Below, in pieces: positions 14,227-24,808 of a DNA stretch of 64,000 nt (positions are counted from its first letter, which is position 1; each line of letters opens with the position of its first letter). Source of the stretch: Podospora anserina (Eukaryota); the NCBI GenBank assembly GCA_017654855.1, contig CM030336.1:3162001-3226000 (forward strand), written 5' to 3'. Both the position numbers and the translations under genes were made by a program. The notes under the pieces are model-generated. The model saw only the letters and a program-made list of their open reading frames with translations, was not told the origin of the DNA and ran no database searches.

Positions 14227-15195
14227 GCGAGTCTGTTTCTTAGTAATGAACTAGAGCCATGGTTAAATTGGTCGAGTTCATTTATTTATCTCACCTGAAG
14301 CTTCAGGGAAAAGGGTGACTTTAATTTACAGATGTTGTTCTCTAGGAACGGTTGTGGATAGACCCATCCCAATATAATGGAGATTAACAAAATGGAAATT
14401 GGAACCAAATACAAAGAAGACATCCAATTGAGGTCCTGGCTGTAATGCGCGGCAGTGTTGATCAAGCATTCCACACTCCAACCCACTGGCAGCGTGAGGA
14501 GCCCATGCTATCCCCATCTCAACATTCAAAAATAAATGGCAGTAGGAGGAGCCGTTGTTGTTATCTCAGCCTTTAAACACCTAACCTCTCAGCAGCGTGA
14601 TAACTGTCCAACATCATTACCTATCAGGTATCCAAGTATCTGAAATATTTCTACAACGTTCCTACACTTGTTTCTGCCACTTGCAGGCATTTTCGTGTGA
14701 TCAAATGAAGAACTATTACATCCTGGATAACTTTCGATCAATGTTTGCACAGCAGGATAGCGCGAAAACATGAGATGGGAACGTCACGAGAGGTATATGC
14801 CTCTGGCTCAGAACCTGGACTTGAGCAGAAGAGCCAGCTCAAGGGCCCAACCAGCCAGTGTGTCCAAATATGGTGCCGTTCGAAACAGCAGGCAATATTG
14901 AGCCTGGCTATATCTCGGCAGGTCACACAGTTAGTTGTCGACGTCGATGGCTGTAGGCTGTGCTCGATCCTGTGATGGAGTTTTGTGCACTGTGTAAATA
15001 ATTTCCTCAATGTGCAACCTGCCAGGAAGCGCTGACCCAACACTGCTACATACGGCCCGCGTTTCACCTCGCGGGTTCTTGGCCACTTTGAGGCTGACTT
15101 CGCCGCGGCTCAAATCTTCCAGCTCAAACCCCAAAAGCAGTCGCCCATGACGAAATCAGTCACCAAGATCTCTTAGGAAACACCACGAAATTGCC

Positions 15196-16044
15196 ATGAT
15201 GGATTCAGACTCAGATGCTGAAGTACTTGAGCGATCTAGTCTGCTTTCTCCTCAGTCAAACGCCGCGTCGCCATTAACATGCTACTTGGCCTCACCCCAA
15301 ATGGGGTGGCGTTATGGAGAACATTTGAAACCCGGCGTAGCTCTGCCGAATGGTATTTGAGTAGATACTACGAGCATCTCAACGTTCCGGAGCCCAGCGA
15401 ACCGATCGAAGATCTAGGTGGGTTTCCCTTCCCGATGACCAGTTGTACCTCGATATCTTACACATCTGCTATACATGTAGATGCCGCAATTGATGCTGCG
15501 GTTTCCGGAACGCACCAAAGTCAGCACCTCACTGGACTTAGGGGCTGTGCTGATAGAGTTGCACGGGCCGTCTTCATGATGCAAGAAATACTCGCCTATA
15601 TTCAGGAGGTGAGGAGCTCCTCTAACGCGCCGAAGCAGCTTGCCATCCCGGGTATTGCGGCAGCAGGAAGGTAGGATTATGATTTCACTTTGCTCTCTTG
15701 CCCTTGTCCTCCAATTATACCAGCTAACATCCGCATCTAGTCTCACAAATATCGCTGTTTCCGCATGGCTTTTCCCGGCGAAGATCGCTATATGGGTCGC
15801 GCTGTTATTTAATGGAGTGGCCGTATTAACCGGGATAGTCGGCTATGCCCTATGGCATCCTGATCTCAACAAGCACTACCAAAGTAAACAAGCCCAAATA
15901 CAGATATTGAGGCGTGCAGTGGAGGAGCAGTATGATGTCGTCGAAATCAACAAGCAGCAGACTTTGCTCAGACCAAAGACTTTTGCACACCTAAAGTCAG
16001 ATTTGATGTATCACCGGCCAAAAGAAGATGAGCCTGAGAGTTGA
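15196..16044 (+). pseudogene. Paralog A of a small membrane-hairpin protein; apparent frameshift in exon 1, or a shorter product from ATG 15279
   Basis: Three-exon structure and peptide similarity to 19662-20510. The N-terminus MDSDSDAEVLERSSLLS (ATG 15196/15199) is out of frame with the downstream homologous segment LGLTPNG...SAEWY. Confidence 0.6.
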
Positions 16045-16995
16045 AGTGTCCAGAGGGCAAGACGTGCAAATTTACTTATCGCTGGAATTTACCTGCTCAT
16101 GCCCGAGGTTGAGAAATTTACATCTGTGATCCTCCTTCCCATCCTGAGGGTGTTGCAAGGGCATTTCATCAACCCAACCTGGTAGGTATTTAGATTGGTT
16201 CCATTTGCATTAGCTGTCGTCTTGCTGGGCTCATATTCTGATATTGGTCTCGGAACGGATCGTGAAGAAGGTACCCCACAATGACCACGATTGCGGTCCT
16301 TTCTTCCTTGCTGTGGTCTTTTTGGAAAGTTTAAGAATTGAGACGCCCTGAAATGTCCCAAAATGTCTCACCGTCCTCCCAGCTTCATTTGAGAAGCGCT
16401 TTGCAACCCTGGCCCATCTCGAAGCATCTGGAACATTTACCTCCCGCCACCACAGTCGCCCATGTTCAGCAAGATGGCGCCTCCCTTGCGCTCACGCACC
16501 CCTGGTAGGTCTTTATTTGCAGCTAACAGTCTGCAATGTCGTAGTTGGTATCGAGAACCATCGACTGTCCACTGACCAGGTTGCTGCGATATGGTGATAA
16601 CCTCCAGCCTTTCCCATGGCATCTGCCGCTACTGATAATCTACTTTGTAGATTCAGTCGAGATCGCCTGTCTTTGCCCATAGAGAAGGCATGAGCAAATA
16701 CTTTCGGACCCTGCCCCAGACACAACAACACCCGATCCTTTCTTCAGCTCGATCTGTTAGACGGTGGAATCAGCGAGATATCTTTATCCTTGGTTACAAA
16801 GTCCTGGTTCAACCCAATTGCGACGATAGCTCATACAAGCCCGGGCTGCTCCCGAGATCAGACCGGTGCCACTCTTCCAACTACCGGTTCCTCAAGAGCG
16901 CTTATCAGCTTGTCTTTTCAACCCGTCATCTTGATGGTGCAGCTATAAGCTGGTATCTACTCAATCAAGAAAGAGAAAAACATCCAAGATTTTAA

Positions 16996-19093
16996 TCACC
17001 TAGTGGTTGAGCTCCTCATCTTTGGTGCTGATCGAGCTGGGTCTGCAGGGTTCACTCGGCTTTGACCGGTCAAGGGGCCTGTCTTTGACTGTTGACTTTG
17101 ACGAGATGAGCCGGCGTTCTTTGACGGTCGACTTTGAGGAGATGGGTTGTCGTTCTTTAATTGAATTGGCAGAGGCCGCGGTTGTGAACCAGAGGCCTGT
17201 TGACTTGGTGCCGCCGGCAAGGAAACGGGTTGTTTTCGCTGCTGCTGCTGACGTTGCTGACCGGGGGCGCCTTGATTGACAGCTACCGGCGAAGCTCCTC
17301 GTGGCTGAGGCTGACGGGGGTTCAACCGTGCTGATGGCGTCGAGATGGAACCAATGGCCCGCTGTTTGGATACTACGGGCATAGGGTTTTGCGGCCTAGG
17401 AGCCGAACGATTCTGGAGCCCCTGCGGTGGTTGAGCGGGAGAATTCGGGGTGAGACTTTGCCTAGTTCTGACACGGGCTTCTTTTTGCACTTGGGCTCTC
17501 GCGACGAGGAATTCGTTGTACATGTTCAAAACTGTCTCTAGGTTCTTTTCAAGTGCCGGGCGCTGGTAAGCTTCTCTCTTCAACTGCCGGGTATCTACGC
17601 CTAGCTGTCGAAGGATCTCGTCACGCTGAGCGGATGCACAATGCGACGAATGCAAAGGAAACTGCAGAACCTGAGAGCTGTAGGTTGCTGCTAAGCAAAT
17701 GTTGGCATCTGTGAGCGCCTTGCCAAGGTTAATGATGCTCCGGCTAACTGAGATGGGCATTAATACAACTAGTCGGTACATCCTGACATTCTGGTGATTA
17801 CACGGCTGAATCTCGAGGAAGGGGATGATGCTGGCAGCGTGCGGAGATGAAGGGAACTTAGCTACTGGATGCACATACAACTTTCACACAATGAGGCATG
17901 TTTGTTGCGTTTCCACGCTCCGATGCCCGCTGTTGCGCCGCCTCCTAGAATAGCGCCTGACGCACCGCCGGCAATGATAAGGCCAGTGCCTCCTGTGAAG
18001 AATGTGTAAACCATCAAAGCAGCGGCGACCATAAGTGCTGTTGCGGTAGCTCCGACCACGGTCTTGGCTCCATTCGGTGGCCTTAGAATGGTTGGGGTTG
18101 CGGCGGCGATGCTCAACATTTGGTCCTCATACGCAGAGAAGAAAATGGTTGCATTCCGGAGCCCTAGCATCGTCTCGTAAAGTTGCTGGGGTGGGATATC
18201 TGTGAATGATATCAGGATACAATTTCTCTGATGGATGAGGCATCGTGAAACTTACCCTTTTGTTTGGGAATTCGGCTCAAGTCCAAGCAGTCTTCAATGT
18301 GGCGGATTATGGTGGACATGAGGTCAAGGCAGGGCTCCGCCTTGTTCCAGGCGTTGGTGACGTCCTCGACCGTCTTGAGTGGTCCGTTGACCTCAGGCTG
18401 ATTCATTTGTATCGACTTGCGGAGCTTATCAAACTCCTGAACCATTGATGACCCCATCATCCACTTGGCCGGAAGCGTGCGCACCATAGTCGCTAGATCG
18501 GCACCTATTGCAGACCCACGCACAACTTCTAACGCAAGATTGCACCTGATTGAGTCTTCGGGTTAGTTTGGACATGGTTGAGATTGAAAGCCAGCAGGAG
18601 ATGTGGTATAGAGGAGGTCCTACATATCAATTGGCGTAATCAGATTTCGTTCCACAACCGTGCTCGTCCGGACTTCTAGAGACCTCAGGATCCTGATACG
18701 GGTATTCTTGTGTACGACCTCCGGCGAAATCTTGCCGACAGGCACCAACACCATGTGGTGTGCCGTTGAGTTTTGTTGTTTGGCAAGAAAGAATTCCTCA
18801 ATCTTGGAAGGGAGCACAGCCTCAAAAAGTTCCCTGAGATCAGCCAAGTGATCGTAAACGCGGCGGGCCCCTTTCACAGCTGATCCTTTAAACCGGAAGT
18901 TTACTTCCAGAGGAACGAAGCTGTCTTGGTCGTGGATGCTAGTGAGTGAAGTAGGGTGCACTGTCCAACCCTTCAGGTCGCAATTCTGCGCCAAGAATTG
19001 AGCTGTCCCTTCATTGTCCTTGTAGTTCCATCCTCTGGGAGTGTACCTCCACACCTGCATCAGAAAGTCGGTGATGACGGTGCTGGTAGACAT
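16996..19093 (-). CDS. Unknown multi-exon protein: N-terminal globular domain, helical region, Gly/Ala-rich hydrophobic hairpin, Q/P/S-rich tail
   Basis: Four successive minus-strand ORFs separated by GT-AG gaps with branch-like sites. Contains TALMVAAALMVYTFFTGGTGLIIAGGASGAILGGGATAGIGAW. The start is uncertain (possible upstream exon at ~19243). Confidence 0.7.
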
Positions 19094-19661
19094 CCTGATA
19101 AGACTGCATTTATGGGTATGGTTGGAAGGTTAGCGAGGTGAGTATGTAGAGACTAGAAGAAAATGGTTTGAGTTCGATGGTACTTGATGGTCCCGTCCCC
19201 ACTCATTATAGAGGAAGACTGGAGGCAGGCTTCGAACGGCCATCGTGGTCAAAGATGGCGCAACACGAAACAGGAGAACCGCCAGAACCGCCAGGACGAG
19301 ACCGCGCCCAACTGTACGTACAGTTTCTTTCTCTGTGGCTGAAAATGATGGGAGACATGCAGTGTTCAGGGTGCAGTGAGGTGTTACTGTATACCATGCG
19401 CTGAAGCGTGGGTCTGAGACGGCGTTGTTGGCGTGACCTGTTTCACCAGCTCGGCGGCCAATTGAATGTTGACCTTGCCGCAGCCGCAAGTCTAAACTCC
19501 GTGTTGGACACACAGCTGCTCACGTGACAGCCTGCCCAGCTCATGCAGAAGAGCGGTACCTGACATGTTATCTCCAGCCGCCTTCCTTCCAACGATTCAC
19601 ATCATCGTTACCTTATCATTGTCTCAAACCACCGCGGTCTTTACCATAACCCCATACAATC

Positions 19662-20510
19662 ATGGAATCCGACTCACATGTAGAAGTTGTTGAACGCTCC
19701 TGGCTTCTATCGGGCCAAGAAAATCCTGCATTGCCATCACAACAAGGAGGAGCCACAGGGCAACCAGAGTCGATCGGAGTAACCCCAACTGGCAGAATGA
19801 TATGGTTGAACTTTGACGCTCATCGACACTCAGCCGAGTACTACATGAAAGGATACTATGAGCACCACAGCAGGCTGGATTTGAACCAGCCGACCACAGA
19901 TCTGGGTAAGCCGACATTGTCAACATGCGTGTTTGATATCCCGGAACTAATTAGGAGCAGAAGCGGCTCTCGACGCGGCTGTTCCTGGATCTGAACACAG
20001 CGAGCACCTCTTTGGACTCAAGGTCTGTCTCGATAAGGTCATTCACGATGTGTACCTGATGGAGGAACTCCTTACCTATGTTCAGGAGGTAAGGAAAGAG
20101 ACTGATCGTCCGAAACAATCTGGTATCCCGGGTGCTGCCGCCGCAGGAAGGTATGTCTCTTTCCATCTTTTTCCTGTGCTATATCAGCCAACATGAACCT
20201 ACCTAGCCTTGCCACTATCACCGCCTCCGCGGCCCTTCTCCCGGCGAAGATTGCCACCTGGGTTGCTTTGTCGTCCGTTGGAGTCGCCGTATCTACCGTG
20301 ATGGTAGGATGGGCGATATGGCCAAGGGACATCAACAGGCATTACGAAACTCTTCAAGACCAGATACAGGCCTTCAGACTTGCGGCGGAACGTTTCGACC
20401 AAGCAGAGATCAACAAACAGCAGCAGCGTGTGCTGAGGGGCAACACATATGCGCATCTAAGGACAGACCTCATGTTTCACTGGCCCAATAATGACAACGT
20501 ATACACATGA
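19662..20510 (+). CDS. Paralog B of a small membrane-hairpin protein, apparently intact (3 exons)
   Basis: MESDSHVEVVERSWLLS..., with introns at ~19906-19953 and ~20151-20206. The hydrophobic segment LATITASAALLPAKIATWVALSSVGVAVSTVMVGWAIWP is followed by a predicted coiled coil. Confidence 0.75.
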
Positions 20511-20813
20511 TACGTAGAGATATGGACGCCAAGCATGTAACAAAGCGCTCCCGGGAGGAGTCCAATTATACAGCAGCTCATAGCTGCATCGTCCAAGCAT
20601 GAAATGCTTCCAGGTTCTTCGCGCCGTTGCAATGCCCCTCGGTTACCCTTGAGCCCCTTTTTTCATAATCTGCTTGCTTGCATTGAGTTCACTTACCCCA
20701 ACGTCCCCGCATGGAACGACACGGCCCTGACCCAACCATGATTCCCCAACATTCTGCATCTGCCGATTAGCCCGTTGTCAATAGTACCATTCGGATATTC
20801 AACCAAAGCCAGA

Positions 20814-20826
20814 CGAGTTGGGGTCA
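20814..20826 (+). promoter_or_regulatory. Shared upstream motif CGAGTTGGGGTCA (copy before the SnoaL/LdpA-like gene)
   Basis: The exact 13-mer also occurs at 22194-22206, upstream of the adjacent dioxygenase. Confidence 0.45.
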
Positions 20827-20999
20827 GCCGTGTGAACTGCTTGCCGTTCTCCGAGACCCCTCACTAAGATCCACCATTGTTGCGATTGGACCCTCCGGAC
20901 TGCAATGCAGATACATAACTCGAATGACATCCACCTCACTCACCATCCAACATCCAATAATCTCGCAAAGACCCCAATCACAGAGAAACCTAACTGACC

Positions 21000-22019
21000 A
21001 TGGAGCAAGAATTCGCGGAACTCAAGAAGCAGGTCGAAACGCTGCAGAAGGAGCTCAGCCGGGTTTCAGGCAAGTTTGTTGTCAGGTCTTGATAAAAAGC
21101 CACACACTAACCAGAGTTCTCTCCAGACGAGGCCGAAGTCCGCAAAACCCACTTCAAATATGGCTACTATCTCGACAAGTGTCTCTACAACGAGGTAAGT
21201 CACCCTCGTTCGTTCATCTCTCTCCTCAAGGTTGCCAACACCCCAAAAGGTAGTTGATATGTTCTCCGACCACCCCGACGCCTACGTCGAGTTTCTCGGC
21301 GGCCGCTACCGCGGCAAAGCCGGCATCGCCCGCCTCTACCAGGGCCGTTTCCAGCAATCCTTTGTCAAGGGCCGCAACGGCCCAGTCGAAGGCTGGCTAT
21401 TGGACCACCTCATGATGCAAGAGATTGTCGACGTCGACTCCACTGGGAAACACGCCTGGTGTCGGATGCGTGCACTCATGCAAGCTGGCACACATGAGTC
21501 GATTGAGGAGTATTACCCGTTAGTGTCACCGCAAAAGGCCGGCTAAAGAAGAGCTACTGACAAATAGACAGCCGCGGGCATCGTCAGTGGTGGGAGGGGG
21601 GTCTCTACGAGAACGAGTACATCAAGGAGGATGGAGTGTGGAAGCTGTTTAGGTACCGGTACTTCCCCTTTTGGCATGCGGAGCATGAGAAGGGGTGGAG
21701 CCACACGAAGAAAGAGTACATCCCTTTTGCGAAGTCCATATTTCCTGAGAACCCTGATGGGCCGGATGAGCTCGTCGAGCAGAGGAGCTTGTGGCCGGAC
21801 ACACGGGTGGTCCCCTTCCATTACCCAAATCCCGTAACTGGGAAAAGGGTAAACCCTGATGATCTCAGGGCCCCGCGGTATGGGGAGCCGGTGGAGACGA
21901 GTGAGCCTGCGCTGGTGTTGGATCTGCCGAAGGATCAGAAGAGAGAGGGGGCGGAGATGAGGGAACCCAAGGTGGGGGAGAAGGTCTTGCCTGAGCTGGT
22001 CCAATTCAAGGCAGAATAA
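21000..22019 (+). CDS. SnoaL/NTF2-fold protein resembling bacterial diarylpropane gamma-formaldehyde lyase LdpA/LsdE
   Basis: Spliced product MEQEFAELKKQVETLQKELSRVSDEAEVRKTHFKYGYYLDKCLYNEVVDMF...GGRYRGKAG...NGPVEGWLLDHLMMQEIVDV...QWWEGGLYENEYIKEDGVWK...VVPFHYPNPVTG. Three introns, the first GC-AG (21070-21126). Confidence 0.8.
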
Positions 22020-22193
22020 AGTAGCTTGCTTTCAGGGGCTGTTTTGAGGGGTGTTGCTTTAGCTGCACAATTGACATTTTGATTTGAGCACATCTTGACA
22101 AATGTTTTGCTTCGGTGTGTCTTTTGTCTCTTGCTCGCCGTCCAACCGCTTTGAGTGCATGTTTATCTGACACTGACAAGGCCTGACAGTTGC

Positions 22194-22206
22194 CGAGTTG
22201 GGGTCA
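22194..22206 (+). promoter_or_regulatory. Shared upstream motif CGAGTTGGGGTCA (copy before the dioxygenase gene)
   Basis: Identical to 20814-20826. Confidence 0.45.
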
Positions 22207-22494
22207 AGCTACCCCCCTTCTGATCCCCCGCACGTACCTAGCTTACCCGGGCACCCTTTGCCGGGAAGAAACAATCCCCCACCTGCATCTCGGAACCATC
22301 CGATCTACCGTCGGAGGTTTAATTTGGACGATTTGAGGGTGTCGCCACTTTTGTGATGGTTTGCGGGGTTGAGCCCACCCCTGAAGATCCGCACAGTGGA
22401 TCTGGAACAGCAACACTTCTTCTATCCACCCTCCCCTAGTCTTCTTCTCACTCATCGCAACAAGCAAAAAGTAAACAAACCACTTCAGGAAAAA

Positions 22495-24356
22495 ATGGCA
22501 CACATCTTCCACCTCGCCCCCCACATCGACACCTCCCCAAACTACAGCAACAATGAGCTCACCTCCCCAGAAAAGGTCGCCTTCCCTAAAACAGACGCCT
22601 TCCGGTCTATGAACGCCCCCTCGAGATTCGAAGGCTCCGTCTTCAACCTCGAAGTCACCGGCACAATCCCACCCGACATCTCCGGCACGTTTTACCGCGT
22701 TCAGCCTGACCACCGCTTTCCCCCTTTGTACGAAGACGACATCCATTTCAACGGCGACGGCTCCGTAACCGCCATCCGCATCGCCAACGGCCACGCCGAC
22801 TTCCAGCAAAAGTATGTCGAGACCGATCGATACAAACACGAGACCGCCGCGAGGAGGTCGCTGTTTGGGAAGTACCGCAACCCCTACACAGACAATGAAT
22901 CTGTCAAGGGCGTCATCCGCACCGCGTCAAACACCAATATCGTTTTCTGGAGGGGGATGCTGCTTGCCATGAAGGAGGATGGGCCCCCTTTTGCGATGGA
23001 CCCCGACACACTCGAGACGTTGGGACGGTATGACTTTGAAGGGCAAATCCTGTCCCCTACTTTTTGTGCGCATCCAAAGTTTGACCCTGACACGGGGGAA
23101 ATGGTCTGCTTTGCTTATGAGTGTGGTGGTGACGGGGCGGATTGCGGGGTTGATGTGGCTGTTTGGACGGTGGATAAGGATGGGAAGAAGACGCAGGAGG
23201 GGTGGTATAAAGCCCCGTTTGCGGGTATGATTCATGATGCTGGGTTGACGGAGAATTATCTCGTTTTAGCGTTGACCCCGATCAAGATGAATTTGGAGAG
23301 ACTGAAGCAGGGAAAGAATAAATTTGCGTGGGACCCGGAGGAGGATCAGTGGTATGCCGTGGTCCCGAGGAGGGGGACTGGAGATCCTGGAGAGATTACT
23401 TGGTTTAGAGGTGACAACGGTATGTGCTTGCTGTCTGGAGCTTCACAGTCTCTGAGGATAACTGCTAACAGGGTCAAGCTTTCCATGGACATGTTGCCGG
23501 CGCTTATGAGCTAGCCTCAGGAGAAATAGTCTTTGACTTGACGGTTGCCGACGGAAACGTTTTCTTCTTCTTCCCACCAGACAAGAACGTCACACCCTCC
23601 GCGGACAGCATTGCGAAGAGAAACAAGCTCAGCTCGCCAACCACGCGATGGATCTTTGATCCCAAGGCCAAGAAGTCGGCTATCCGGAAACCTGAGGCAG
23701 GGGATTCTGACGTTTGGGTGGCGGATGAGCGTGTCAAACCAGCGGTTGTTTGGCTGACCAACGGGGAGTTCTCACGAATCGACGATCGGTATGTAACCAA
23801 GCCCTACCGTCACTTCTGGCAAGCCGTCGTAGATCCGACAAGACCGTATGACTTTGCCAAGTTGGGACCGCCTGCCGGCGGGTTGTTCAATTCTCTGGGC
23901 CACTACACATGGGGACCCGAGCATTACCACACCGGCTCAACAACATCATCTGTGACAAACGGAGAGACCAAGAAAGAAAAGGCTGGCCTGGAGGATGTGT
24001 ACTTTCCTGGGCCAACCATGACCTTCCAAGAACCGACCTTCATCCCAAAGGAAGAAGGGGCAGAAGGCGAGGGATACCTCATCGCGCTGCTGAATCACTT
24101 GGATGTGCTGAGAAATGATGTTTTGATTTTTGACGCGCAGAACTTGAGCCAAGGTCCGCTTGCGGTGATTCACCTGCCGTTGAAGCTCAAATTGGGGTTG
24201 CATGGTAACTGGGTCGATAACAAGGACATCGAGGAGTGGAAGGCAAGGAGAGAGGCAACTGGCGATGTTGGGCCTGTGAAAGTGGCTAGTGAACCACTAC
24301 CATGGCAGAAGAAGTTCCAGTCAGGGCAGGCAAATGGCCAGGAGAGGAGCTTTTAA
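22495..24356 (+). CDS. Carotenoid-cleavage oxygenase family, lignostilbene/resveratrol dioxygenase-like (copy 1)
   Basis: [46 protein letters not shown] across an intron (~23420-23478), [20 protein letters not shown]. The four iron-binding His contexts are present. Confidence 0.93.
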
Positions 24357-24808
24357 ACAAAGGGGGGAGATAATGATGTTGAACTGGGCTACTTCCACAG
24401 CTTCTCCTGATGGCGGAGTAAATACCCATTCACCTCTGATATTCTGATGATGATTTTGAGTTAGAGCAACAAAATAGTAGGCATCTCCGGAGTTCTCAGA
24501 CGCTTAATTGTGCAGCTGCCCCTGTGAGAATTGGATATTCGCACAGGATGACAAACCGTGCAAAAGGCGATCTAGATAACCTGGTGGCGAGTTGGATACA
24601 GTACATTACACACAGCCATCTACCTCAACAAACAAACAAATAAATAAAAAAGTTCTACTAATAGGGGCGCGTCACCTCCAACATGAACAATGACGTCTCC
24701 CACATGTGTTGTCCTCCTTTGTGAGCGCTCACAAACCTTCCAACATCTGTACACCCATTGCAACAACAATATTCCTCTAACACCCCAGCCATTTACCAAC
24801 TTGGTCCT

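Noticed and set aside
14550-15170. Possible decayed copy of gene X divergent from paralog A
   Set aside because: The short ORFs there show no recognisable similarity to X by eye.
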